A DNA stretch of 64,000 nucleotides. It comes from Felis catus (Eukaryota). A program made the position numbers and the translations under genes. Positions 37,506-49,620 of the stretch are shown here, in pieces. The DNA is taken from NCBI RefSeq assembly GCF_018350175.1, contig NC_058368.1:16308001-16372000 (forward strand), written 5' to 3'. Positions within the stretch are counted from its first letter, which is position 1; each line of letters begins with the position of its first letter. The notes beneath the pieces were generated by a model. The model did not search any database, was not told where the DNA came from, and saw only the letters and a list, made by a program, of their open reading frames with translations.

Positions 37506-38719
37506 AAAGACACTGAATATATTGTGTTCTAAAGTAAACTGTTTCTCTGCTTTTCCAGATATTAATCTTACATGATTAATTTCCAATTGCAGCAACTCAG
37601 TATTGTTACTGATAGAGATGCTTTCTTCTTAACTCTCCCCATATATCATGAAGTTTCCTGCTTTCCTTATGCAATTTTCTCAAAAATGCCAATTCTTCTC
37701 TAAATGCGTGGATCTGATGAAGGTTTTTATTCACTATAATTTTCTTATACGCAAACTGATCTGGGATGCTGTGGGGGAACAAAAATGGAAAAAAACTCTG
37801 TTTTATGCTAACAAATATGCAACATTCTTTATACTTTTATTCTTTTTCCCAGTGATACCCATACTTGTGGAAAAAATGGAATTAGACAAATCTCAGGACT
37901 CAAGTTATGTGTATATGCCAGACCTGCACAGAGGTTTGGTTTCCCAGTATATAATGAACAACATTATTAGTTTCCCAGTATATAATGAGCAACAAGAAAG
38001 AAGGTGACATTATTAGAAAAAGTTCTGGGGAGGAAAATTATTCAGGTAGATGTAGAAATTAATTCTATGGTTCTTATTCGGGGGAAAAAAAAGCCGATAG
38101 TAGTGAAAGCTTTGGGCTTTACAGGAGAAAAAAAATCCTTGATTCTTTAAGTCTGCCTTTAAGTTTCATAGACACAAACACAGACAGTTGTACATTTTTT
38201 GCCATTAGCAAATCTTTCAGTTAAACAGCTAAACTCTCAAGTATGCAGAGATTGGTTGAAATCATAATAACAATGACAGATGCTGTTCACAATGGATATT
38301 GTCATATGCATTTGCACTGTTTGGAATTCATACCAAGGAAAATGTGGCAGGAAAACCCTTATTTAGGGTGGAAGCTGGTAGTCCCAATACAGCAAGAGAT
38401 TTTAATAGCCAAACAGTGTAAAGCCAGAGAGCTTGAAAATTAATAATTCTTCAGTCTGAAAGAGGATTTGGGGAACTTCAATTTTGGAACATATTATGCC
38501 CAATTTTCAGTTGTATTTAAACATCTATCGGCACGTATTTTTACCATGCAGCAGCTTTCTCTCCAGTTTTTTTCTCCCAGCCCTGAATCTTAACAAGATT
38601 AATAGCCAGAGGGTGGTTGAGAAAAGCAAGCAAATCATTTGCCCATGTTGACCCATGATTTGTATAATTCTGCTTTGACAAAACCCGGGTGAAGGGAGGG
38701 AGCTCAGTTCATTCCTCTG

Positions 38720-39410
38720 GGTGTTCTAGTTATCTATTTCTGCCTGACACATCACTCCAAAGTTAGTGGCATAAAATAACAATCTACTTGCTGCACTTAG
38801 GTTTCAGTGGGTCAGGGATTCTAACAGCGCACACTGGGGATTGCTTATAACCATTGTGCTCCACGATGTCTGTGGCTTCAGCTGGAAGCTGACGGGTAAC
38901 TGGAAGACCTGGCTCAGCTGGGACTATCAGGGGAGCATTTCCATGTGGTCTCACCAACATGGTGGCCTTAGAGTACTTGGACTTTGTACATGACAGATCA
39001 ACTATCCGTTTAAAAAGCAGAAGATGCATAGCCTTTATTTAAATGTCTATTTAGTTTTGAGGTGGGGGGGGGGGGATGCACACAAGCAGGACAGGGGCAG
39101 AGAGAGGAAGACAGAGGATCCAAAGCAGGCTGTCAGCAGGCTCTGCTGTCAGCAGAGCAGAGAGCCCTATGTGGGGCTTGAACTCATGAACTGTGAGATC
39201 GTGACCTGAGCTGAAGTCAGACACTTAACGGACTGAGCCACCCAGGCACTCCCGCATGGGCTTTTCTGAGCTGGCCTCAAAGCACACATACAGATCTTCT
39301 GCCAAGTTTGCTAATGGTTGAAGCTGTTACAAGTGGGCCCAAATATAAAAGGAGAGCGTATAGAATCCACCCCTCAAATGCGGGAGGATCCAAATGTTTG
39401 TAGCCATGAG
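38720..39410. mobile_element. MaLR (MLT1-like) solo LTR interrupted by a Can-SINE
   Basis: MLT1-like phrases (CACTCCAAAGTTAGTGGCATAAAATAAC, TCAGTGGGTCAGGGATTC, CCATGTGGTCTCACCAACATGGTGGCC). Confidence 0.65.
39035..39253 (-). mobile_element. Can-SINE (older)
   Basis: Reverse-complement SINE; degenerate TSD GCATAGCCTTT / GCATGGGCTTT. Confidence 0.9.
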
Positions 39411-39954
39411 AGAATGGCATTTAGGCTCTTGAGACTCCTCATAGACCCAGAAATGCCTACAGTCTTCTAACTTGGGGTTAAATTGGGTAAGGTATATGGA
39501 TGTAATATATATCTAATAGTTACTTTCTTTTCATAAATCATCACAGAATCACAATGTTGTTAGTGCATCATCTTTTTGTCTTACTGGATTACATTCCTCT
39601 TGGGATTTTGCAGTTTGCCTTAAATACAATATAAAACACCTATCCATCAGGCAGGGAATGCATTGAGCTTTTTGAAAGGAAAGAGGTGTAAATAATGGGA
39701 GAAAATTTAGAAAATATTTTGAAAATCAGGTACAGAGTTCTGAACTGGATGAGCATCATATTGCAAATTTAAACGTCTGACCTCTACTGTTTGCAACTAA
39801 TTTTTGCAACTGTAAATCAGTAGGCTTTTTTTTTTTTTTTTTTTTTGAGATGAGTCCTCACAAAGTACTTTACGCTGTTGGATGCTATTACAAATGATAG
39901 ATTTTTTTTTTCCATTTCAATTTTCAATTGTCCACCGTCAGTGTTTTTTTCCCC

Positions 39955-40460
39955 CTATTTTTTCTTCTGGGATTTTTACTTGTGCGGTTTTATGGTTAGG
40001 TGTTTTAATCCATTTCAAGTTAATTTTTGTGAATTAATTTTTCAAGTTAATTTTTGTAACATAGGGATCCAGTTTCATTTTATTTTGCAGGTGAATATCC
40101 AGTTTTCCCAACATCATTTATTGAAGAAACTATCCTTTACCCACTTAGTATTCTTGGTTTCCTTGTCACATATTAGTTGACCATATATATGTGGGTTTAT
40201 TTCTGGGCTTTCAATTCATGTGAGTCTATGTGTATGTTTTTATGCCAATACTGTGCTGTTTGTTTTGTAATATACTTTGAAATCAGAAAGTATGATGCCT
40301 CCAGCTTTGTTCTTTCACAAGATTACTTTGGGTATTCAGGATCTTTTGTGGTTTCATAGAAATTTTAAGATTGTTTTTTCTATTTCTGTAAAAGATGCCC
40401 TTGGAATCTTGATTGAGATTGCATTAAATCTATAGGTGGCTTTGGGTATTGTTGATTTTT
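39955..40460 (-). mobile_element. Old L1 ORF2 fragment
   Basis: Homologous to 44370-44810 (CCAGTTTTCCCAACATCATTTATTGAAGA, GATGCCTCCAGCTTTGTTC). Confidence 0.85.
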
Positions 40461-40544
40461 ATTCTGAGCTTTACAAAAGATAAGTCTGAATATTTTGGAT
40501 GCTTGTCTTATTGTGTTCAGATTTGCCCTTACAGAGATGACAGC

Positions 40545-40972
40545 GTTTTTTTTTTGGGGGGGGGGAGGGGTGGTGATTAGCATTGATTTATTATTATTAT
40601 TATTATTGTTATTATTTTAATTTATTTTTTAAATTTTCATCCAATTAGTTAGCATATAGTGCAACAATGATTTCAGGAGTAAATTCCTCAATGCCCCTTA
40701 CCCATTAAGCCCCTCCCACAACCCCTCCAGTAACCCTCTGTTTGTTCTCCATATTTAAGAATCTCTTATGTTTTGTCCCCCTCCCTGTTTTTACACTATT
40801 TTTGCTTCTCTTCCCTTATGTTCATCTGTTTTGTGTCTTAAAGTCCTCATATGAGTGAAGTCATATATTTGTCTTTCTCTGACTAATTTCGCTTAGCATA
40901 ATACCCTCTAGTTCCATCCATGTAGTTGCAAATGGCAAGATTTCTTTTTTTTTTGATTGCCGAGTAATACTC

Positions 40973-41005
<33 letters not shown>

Positions 41006-41300
41006 CATACATACATACACATATCTTCTTTATCCATTCATTCATCGATGGACATTTGGGCTCTTTCCATACTTTGGCTATTGGTGATAGTGCTGCTATA
41101 AACATGGGGGTGCATGTGTCTCTGTGAAACAGCATACCTGTATCCCTTGGATAAATACCTAGTAGTGCAATTGCTGGGTTGTAGGGTAGTTCTATTTTTA
41201 ATTTTTTAAGGAACCTCCATACTGTTTTCCAGAGTGGCTGCACCAGTTTGCATTCCCAACAGCAGTGCGAAAGAGAGCCTCTTTCTCTGCATCCTCGCCA
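40545..41300 (-). mobile_element. 5'-truncated felid-type L1 (ORF2 C-terminus + 3'UTR) with 3' transduction
   Basis: ORF 40908..41342 contains [37 protein letters not shown] at 40531-40544 and 41301-41314. Confidence 0.95.
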
Positions 41301-41863
41301 ACAGAGATGACAGCCTTTAACACAACATGGCATTTTCTCCAAGGGCTCTCAAAACTTCAATCTGCTGAATAATCTTATACCAGAATTAGGGCTCTTTTGC
41401 TAAAGTGAATTCGTGGACAACGCAACCTATACTTATACCAATTAAATTTTCTGATCACTACATTTCCAATTAAGTGTCTTGTTGCTAACTTTGTGCTAGT
41501 GGTCAGGAACATACTCGGAACATCTATATTTTATTTAAGTAGTATATACGTGATCATGTAGCTTAAAAATATGATACATTCCAAAATAAAAATACACTTG
41601 TTTTTATTTTGCTTTTAGCACCATTAGAAGTTCTTGATTTCTACTCGTCCAGATTATTAATTTCATTATAATAGTTCTTCATTAATGTGTTAGTAAAACA
41701 AAAATAAGTGATTTATTTTTCTTTCAAAGCTTCAAGAAGTATTTTCTTCATAGCTTATTCAGATATAACTAAGCTAATTCCTTTGAGATTTTATTGACAA
41801 AATAACAAATCCAGGATGTAGCAGATGAAAATATTTTTGATAAACTGTTAGTGACTAAAGTCT

Positions 41864-42089
41864 TTTCTAAAAAAAAAATCTTTTTAACATTTTCATTCAT
41901 TTTCTGAGAGACAGAGAGACAGGGTATGAGCGGGGGACAGGCAGAGAGAGAGGGAGACACAGAATCTGAAGCAGGCTCCAAGCTCCAGCTGTCAGTGCAA
42001 AGCCCAATTCAGGGCTCGAACCCATGAACCGTGAAATCATGACCTGAGCCAAAGGCAAATGCTCAACCAACTGAGCCACACAGGAACCT
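41864..42089 (-). mobile_element. Can-SINE
   Basis: Reverse-complement SINE; TSD ~TAGT(G/A)A(C/T)TAAAGTCTT. Confidence 0.93.
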
Positions 42090-42247
42090 TAGTAATTAAA
42101 GTCTTAAAAGTTGACTTTTAACTTATCTATATATACAATTTTAAATCTTAAAAAAATGTAAAGATTTTATACTTATTTAGGGAAGAAAATATTTTGACTA
42201 CCAAACAGCTGATTTGGACTCTAAAGCACTGTTTTATAAAATGTCTA

Positions 42248-42396
42248 AATCAGTGTTGGTTGACCCTTACCTACATATTAAAATGACCTGAAGAACTTTA
42301 AAAAATATAGAAAGCCAGACCATCACCCCAGGAAAAAAAAATCAGCACTTCCCGGAGAAACAATAATAAGCAGCCAGGTTTGAGAACCACTGATTT
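42248..42396. mobile_element. MER5-like DNA transposon relic
   Basis: Inverted ends AAATCAGTG...CACTGATTT; GCAGCCAGGTTTGAGAACCACTG terminus. Confidence 0.6.
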
Positions 42397-42842
42397 CGGT
42401 GACTCTGACACAAGGTATATCAAATGGATTTTGTTGTTATTCTTCTTAAGTTATTCAAACAAATACTTTATGCTTCTAATAAATTGAGCATGTAAAAATC
42501 CTTTGAATAGATAAAATATTTAGAACTGAATATAAAGATTGTGGGTTTTGATTAGTCCAAAATAAAGCGATTCCATTAATTGAATCTTAGGATCACTTTT
42601 GATTCAAATAGTGTTCTATACGTTCACACAGTTGAACATGTGAAGATGGGATGGATGGTGTTTGGAGTGAGCCTGGAGACTGCAGTGACCCTAACTGTCC
42701 AATCTGATGGCTGAGCTTACTTCTCTTACTGGCCATGTTCTCAGAGACCAGCAGAGACCCTCTTTCTTCCCTTCCAAATTCATCATCCTTCTAAGGTCCT
42801 CCACCATTTGATGTAGATTCTATTGTGTGGAAGTCTTTATTT

Positions 42843-43055
42843 TTAAAAAAGCTTTTTACTGTTTATTTATTTTTGAGAGAGAGACAGAGTGTGAGTGGGG
42901 GAGGGACAGAGAGAGAGGGAGACACAGAATCTGAAGCAGGCTCCAGGCTCTGAGCTGTCAGCACAGAGCCTGACGCGGGGCTCCAACCCATGAAAGCAAG
43001 ATCATGACCTGAGCTGAAGTCGGATGCTCAACCAACTGAGCCACCCAGGTGCCCC
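42843..43055 (-). mobile_element. Can-SINE
   Basis: Reverse-complement SINE; TSD GAAGTCTTTATTT. Confidence 0.95.
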
Positions 43056-43516
43056 AAGAAGTCTTTATTTCTTAAAGAATTTGATCTGGTAAGGTACGCT
43101 TCTGAGAAGCAGAAGTAACTTATCAGTTACTTTTTTTTAATTAATTTTTTATTTTTCAAAATTTACATCCAAATTACTTAGCATATAGTGAAACAATGAT
43201 TTCAGGAGTAGATTCCTTAATGCCCATTACCCATTTAGCCCATCCCCCCTCCCACAACCCCTCCAGCAACCCTCAGTTTGTTCTCCATTTTTAGGAGTCT
43301 CTTATGTTTTGTCCCCCCCCCCCGTTTTTATATTATTTTTGTTTCCCTTCCCTTATGTTCATCTGGTTTTTTCTCTTAAAGTCCTCATATGAGTGAAGTC
43401 ATATGATTTTTGTTTTTCTCTGACTGACTAATTTCACTTAGCATAATACCCTCCGGTTCCATCCACATAGTTGCAAATGGCAGGATTTCATTCTTTTTGA
43501 TTGCCAAGTAATACTC

Positions 43517-43521
<5 letters not shown>

Positions 43522-43574
<53 letters not shown>

Positions 43575-43587
43575 ATATATATATATA
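43522..43587. repeat. (TA)n microsatellite within L1 ORF2 3' end
   Basis: Near-pure TA run. Confidence 0.95.
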
Positions 43588-45689
43588 CACTACATCTTCT
43601 TTATCCATTCATCCATTGATGGACGTTTGGGCTCTTTCCATACTTTGGCTATTGCTGATAGTGCTGCTATAAACATGGGGGTGCATGTGTCCCTTCAAAA
43701 CAGCACACCTGTATCCCGTGGATAAATGCCTAGTAGTACAATTGCTGGGTGGTAGGGTAGTTCTATTTTTAGTTTTTGAGGAACCTCCATACTGTTTTCC
43801 AGAGTGGCTGCACCAGCTTGCATTCCCACCAACAATGCAAAAGAGATCTTCTTTCTCCGCATCCTCGCCAACATCTGTTGTTGCCTGAGTTGTTAATGTT
43901 AGCCATTCTGACAGGTGTAAGGTGGTATCTCATTGTGGTTTTGATTTGTATTTCCCTGATGATGAGTTATGTTGAGCATTTTTTCATGTGCCAGTTGGCC
44001 ATCTGGATGTCTTCCTTGGAGAAGTGTCTATTTATGTCTTTTGCCCATTTCTTCACTGGATTATTTGTTTTTTGGGTGTTGAGTTTGATAAGTTCTTCGT
44101 AGATTTTGGATACTAACCCTTTATCTGATATGTCATTTTCAAATATCTTTTCCCATTCCGTCAGTTGTCTTTTAGTTTTGCTGATTGTTTCCTTGGCTGT
44201 GCAGAAGCTTTTTATTTTGATGAGGTCCCAGTAGTTCATTTTTGCTTTTGTTTCCCTTGCCTCCGGAGATGTGTTGAGTAAGAAGTTGCTGCGGCCAAGA
44301 TCAAAGAAGTTTTTGCCTGCTTTCTCCTTGAGGATTTTGAAGGCTTCCTGTCTTACATTGAGGTCTTTCATCCATTTTGAGTTTATTTTTGTGTATGGTG
44401 TAAGAAGGTGGTCCAGGTTCGTTCTTCTGCATGTCGCTGTCCAGTTTTCCCCAGCACCACTTGCTGAAGAGACAGACTGTCTTTATTCCATTGGATATTC
44501 TTTCCTGCTTTGTCAAAGATTAGTTGGCCATATGTTTCTGGGTCCATTTCTGGGTTCTGTATTTGTTCCATTGATCTGAGTGTCTGTTCTTATGCCAGTA
44601 CCATACTGTCTTGATGATTACAACTTTGTAGTACAGCTTGAAGTCTGGGATTGTGATGCCTCCTGCTTTGGTTTTCTTTTTCAAGATTGCTTTGGCTATT
44701 CAGGGTCTTTTCTGGTTCCATACAAATTTTAGAATTATTTGTTCTAGCTCTGTGAAGAATGCTGGTGTTACTTTGATAGGGATTACATTGAATATGTAGA
44801 TTGCTTTGGGTAGTATCGACATTTTAACAATATTTGTTCTTCCTATCCAGGAGCATGGAATCTTTTTCCATTTTTTTGTGTCTTCTTCAATTTCTTTTGT
44901 AAGCTTTCTATAGTTTTCAGTTTATAGATTTTTCACCTCTTTGGTTAGATTTATTCCTAGGTATTTTATGGTTTTTTGTGCAACTGTAAATGGGGTCGAT
45001 TCCTTGATTTCTCTTTCCGTTGCTTCATTGTTGGTGTATAGGAATGCAACCGATTTCTGTGCATTGATTTTATAGCCTGCAACTTTGCTGAATTCATGAA
45101 TCCATTCTAGCAGGTTTTTTTTGGTGGAATCTCTTGGGTTTTCCATATAGAGTATTATGTCATCTGCGAAGAGAGAGTTTGACCTCCTTCTGGCTGGTTT
45201 GAATGCCTTTTATTTCTTTGTGTTGTCTGATTGCAGAGGCTAAGACTTCAAATACTATGTTGAATAACAGTGGCAAAAGTGGACATCCCGTCTTGTTCCT
45301 GACCTTAGGAGGAAAGCTCTCAGTTTTTCCCCATTGAGGATGATATTAGCATTGGGTCGTTCATATATGGCTTTTATGATCTCGAGGTATGCTCCTTCTA
45401 TTCCTACTTTCTTGAGGGTTTTTATCAAGAAAGGATGCTGTATTTTGTCAAACGTTTTCTCTGCATCTATTGAGAGGATCATATGGTTCTTGTCCTTTCT
45501 TTTATTGATGTGATGAATCACATTAATTGTTTTGTGGATATTGAACCAGCCATGCATCCCAGATATAAATCCCACTTGGTCGTGGTGAATAATTTCTTCA
45601 ATGTATTGTTGGATACGGTTGGCCAATATCTTGTTGAGGATTTTTGCATCCACGTTCATCAGGGAAATTGGTCTATAGTTCTCCTTTTT

Positions 45690-45980
45690 TTTTTTTTTAA
45701 ACTGAGTTGAATCCTCAGCAGCTTTTTTTTTTTTAAGTTTATTTAGTTTTTTTTTTTTTTTTTAATTTTTTTTTTTCAACGTTTATTTATTTTTAGGACA
45801 GAGAGAGACAGAGCATGAACGGGGGAGGGGCAGAGAGAGAGGGAGACACAGAATCGGAAGCAGGCTCCAGGCTCTGAGCCATCAGCCTAGAGCCCGATGC
45901 AGGGCTCGAACTCACGGACCGCGAGATCGTGACCTGAGCTGAAGTCAGATGCTTAACCGACTGAGCCACCCAGGCGCCCC
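45690..45980 (-). mobile_element. Can-SINE inserted in L1 ORF2, with compound tail
   Basis: TSD TATAGTTCTCCTTTTT at 45674-45689 and 45981-45996. Confidence 0.96.
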
Positions 45981-47640
45981 TATAGTTCTCCTTTTTAGTG
46001 GGGTCTGTCTGGTTTTGGAATCAAGGTAATGCTGGCTTCATAGAAAGAGTTTGGAAGTTTTCCTTCCATTTCTATTTTTTGGAACACCTTAAATGTGTTA
46101 ATCTTCCTTAAATGTTTGGTAGAATTCCTCTGGAAAGCCATCTGGACCTGGACTCTGGTTTTTTGGCAGATTTTTGATTACTAATTCAATTTCTTTACTG
46201 GTTATGGATCTGTTCAAATTTTCTATTTCTTCCTGTTTCAGTTTTGGCAGTGTATATGTTTCTAGGAATTTGTCCATTTCTTCCAGATTACCCATTTTAT
46301 TGGCATACAATTGCTCATAATATTCTCTTATTGTTTTTATTTCTGTTGTGTTGGTTGTGATCTCTCCTCTTTCATTCTTGATTTTATTTATTTGGGTCCT
46401 TTCCTTTTTCTTTTTGATCAAACTAGCTAGTGGTTTATCAATTTTGTTAATTCTTTCAAAGAACCAGCTTCTGGTTTCATTGATGTGTTCTGCTGTTTTT
46501 TTTTTTTTTTTTTTGGTTTCGATAGCATTAATTTCTGCTCTAATCTTTGTTATTTCCTGTCTTCTGCTGGTTCTGGGGTTTTATTTGCTCTTCTTTTTCC
46601 AGCTCCTTAAGGCATAAGGTTAGCTTGTGTATCTGAGATCTTTCTTCCTTCTTTAGGAAGGCCTGGATTGCTATATACTTTCCTCTTATGACCTCCTTTG
46701 CTGCATCCCAGAGGTTTTGGGTTTGTGGTGTTATCATTTTCATTGACTTCCATATACTTTTTAATTTCCTCTTTAACTGCTTGGTTAGGCCATTCATTCT
46801 TTAGTAGAATGTTCTCTTTAGTCTCCAAGTATTTATTACCTTTCCAAATTTTTTCTTGTGGTTGATTTCGAGTTTCATAGAGTTGTGGTCTGAAAATATC
46901 CACGGTATGATCTCGATCTTTTTGTACTTACTTAAGGCTGATTTGTGTCCCAGTATTTGGTCTATTCTGGAGAATGTTCCATGTGCACTGGAGAAGAATG
47001 TATATTCTGCTGCTTTAGGATGAAATGTTCTGAATATATCTGTTAAGTCCATCTGGTCCAGTGTGTCATTCAAAGCCATTGTTTCCTTGTTGATTTTTTG
47101 ATTAGATGATCTGTCTATTGCTGTGGGTGGGGTGTTGAAGTCTCCTACTATTATGGTATTACTATCGATGAGTTTCTTTATGTTTGTGATTAATTGATGT
47201 ATATATTTGGGTGCTTCCACATTTGGCGCATAAATGTTTACAATTGTTAGGTCTTCTTGGTGGATAGACCCCTTGATTATGATATAATGCCCTTCTGCAT
47301 CTCTTGATACAGTCTTTATTTTAGAGTCTAGATTGTCTGATATAAGTATGGCTACTCTGGCTTTCTTTTGTTGACCATTAGCATGATAGGTGGTTCTCCA
47401 TCCCCTTACTTTTAATCTGAAGGTGTCTTGAGGTCTAAGTGGGTCTCTTGTAAACAGAATATAGATGGATCTTGTTTTCTTATCCATTCTGTTGCTCTGT
47501 GTCTTTTGATTGGAGCATTGAGTCCATTGACGTGTAGAGTAAGTACTGAAAGATGAATTTATTGCCATTATGATGCTTGTAGAGTTGGAGTTTCTGGTCG
47601 TATTCTCTGGTCCTTTCTAATCCTTTGTTGCTTTTGGTAT

Positions 47641-47679
<39 letters not shown>

Positions 47680-47713
47680 TATTTCCATCTTTTCTCCCCT
47701 CAGAAATTTCCCC

Positions 47714-48577
47714 TTAAAATTTCTTGCAGGGTGGTTTAGTGGTCACAAACTCCTTTAATTTTTGTTTGTCTGGAAGACTTTTTATCTCTCCTTCTATTTT
47801 GAATGACAGCCTTGCTGGATAAAGAATTCTTGGGTGCAGATTTTCCTGATTCAGCACACTGAATATATCCTGCCACTCCTTTGTGGCCTGCCAAGTTTCT
47901 GTGGATAGGTCTGCTGCAAACCTGATCTGTCTTCCCTTGTAGGTTAGGGACTTTTTTTCCCTTGCTGCTTTCATGATTCTCTCCTTGCCTGAGTATTTTG
48001 TGAATTTGACTATGATATGCCTTGTTGATGGTCGGGTTTTGTTCAATCTAATGGGAGTCCTTTGTGCTTCCTGGATTTTGATGTCTGTGTCTTTCCCCAG
48101 GTTAGGAAAGTTTTCCACTATGATTTGCTCACATAACCTTTCTACCCCTCTTTCTCTCTCTTCCTCTTTTGGTACCCCTATGATTCTGATTTTGTTCATC
48201 TTTCATGACTCACTGATTTCTCTAATTCTTAAATTGTGCTCTTTTGCCTTAATCTCCCTCTTTTTCTGCTTCATTATTCTCGATAAGTTTGTCCTCTATA
48301 TCACTGATTCTCTGTTCTGCCTTGTCCATCCTTGTCGCCGCTGCATCCATCCATGATTGCAGCTCAGTTATAGCATTTTTAATTTCATTTGGGCTATTTT
48401 TTACTTCTTCTATCTGTGCAGAAAGGGATTCTAATCTATTTTCGACTCCAGCTATTATTCTTATTATCATGATTCTAAATTCTGTTTCAGACATCTTGTT
48501 GTATCTGTATTGGTTAAATCCCTGGCTGTCATTTCTTCGTGTTCTTTCTTTTGGGGTGAATTCCTCCATTTTGTCAT
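47714..48577 (-). pseudogene. L1 ORF1p, frameshifted
   Basis: ORFs 48249..48569 (coiled coil) and 47714..48199 (IRIIGVP..ENFPNL..RHIIVKF..YPARLSF). Confidence 0.93.
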
Positions 48578-48758
48578 TTTGAAGGGAGAGAAGGAATTAA
48601 TGAGGTAGAAAAATTGAAATTAAAAAATTAAAATTAAAAAATATTAAAATTAAAAATTAAAAACACACACACACACAAATAGATGATGCTAGATCCTAGG
48701 TGTGTTTTGGTCTGTGTTGAAAGTGGTTTGACATATTAGAAAAAAAGGGGGGGGGAGG

Positions 48759-49440
48759 AAATCGTTTGAGAATTTGACAAAATGAATACACTGAAGTAGA
48801 CTAAAATGAGATGATGGGGGTAAAATAGAATTTGAAAAAAATATACACAAAAGTAAAGAATATAGTAGAAAAAAATTAAAGAAAATTATTTTTAATAAAA
48901 ATTAAATATAAATATGAAGTTTTCATTTTATGTATTTAAGAAAAAAGAAAAGAAACAAAAAAGAGAAAAAAAAAGAAATCGTTTGAAAATTTGAAAAAGT
49001 GAATACACTGTAGTAGACTAAAATAAAATTATGGAAAAAAATAGAATTTGAAAAAATTTACATAAAAGCAAAAAATATAGTAGTAAAAATTAAATAAAAA
49101 TATTTTTTAAAGAAATTGAAAGTAAAAATGAAGTGTTTTCTCTTTCTGCATTCAAGAAAAAGAAAAGAAACGAAAAAGAAAAAAATAAAAAGGAAGAAAA
49201 AAAGGGAATTGTTTGAAAATTTGAAAATGTGAATACACTGAAGTAGACTAAAATAAAATGATGGAAGTAAAGTAGAATTTGAAAAAATTTACACAAAAGT
49301 AAAAAATACAGTAATAAAAATTAAAGATATTTTTAATAAAAATTAAAAATAAAAATGAATTTTTTCTCTTTCTGTGTTCAAGAAAAAGAATTGTAAAAGA
49401 GAAAAAGAAAAAAGAAAAAAAAAGAAAGAAAATTGAATAG
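48759..49440. repeat. Three tandem ~220-230 bp A-rich units in the L1 5'UTR
   Basis: Unit starts AAATCGTTTG/GAATTGTTTG at 48759, 48976 and 49206; each contains TGAATACACTG(A/T)AGTAGACTAAAAT. Confidence 0.9.
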
Positions 49441-49606
49441 ATGAACCTGCTAACAGATTGAAGTAGGAATGAAATTGCTTCGTTTTCCCCTAGAAGTCAG
49501 TCTATGTAGCTCTTTCTAGTCCATAAATTAAGCCGGTGGTGAGACTTGTGTTCTTGAGAGTGAAGTTGGCCCAGTTGGGCGGGGCTCAGTGTAACAGCTC
49601 TGCTCT

Positions 49607-49620
49607 CCACTAGATGGCGC
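49607..49620 (+). promoter_or_regulatory. CTCF core motif within L1 5'UTR
   Basis: CCACTAGATGGCGC matches the CTCF core consensus. Confidence 0.65.

Larger units (their letters stand above)
43385..47568 (-). pseudogene. L1 ORF2p (endonuclease/reverse transcriptase), multiply disrupted
   Basis: EN fragment (IYAPN, VGDFNTP, RID, SDHN) in ORF 46801..47568; RT fragments ([29 protein letters not shown]); frameshifts, SINE and (TA)n insertions. Confidence 0.95.

Noticed and set aside
40011..40057. Short tandem duplication TTCAAGTTAATTTTTGT
   Set aside because: Slippage inside a dead L1 fragment with no evident function.
48759..49440. Regularly spaced repeats superficially like a CRISPR array
   Set aside because: Whole units are homologous with no unique spacers, they sit in an L1 UTR, and the DNA is mammalian.
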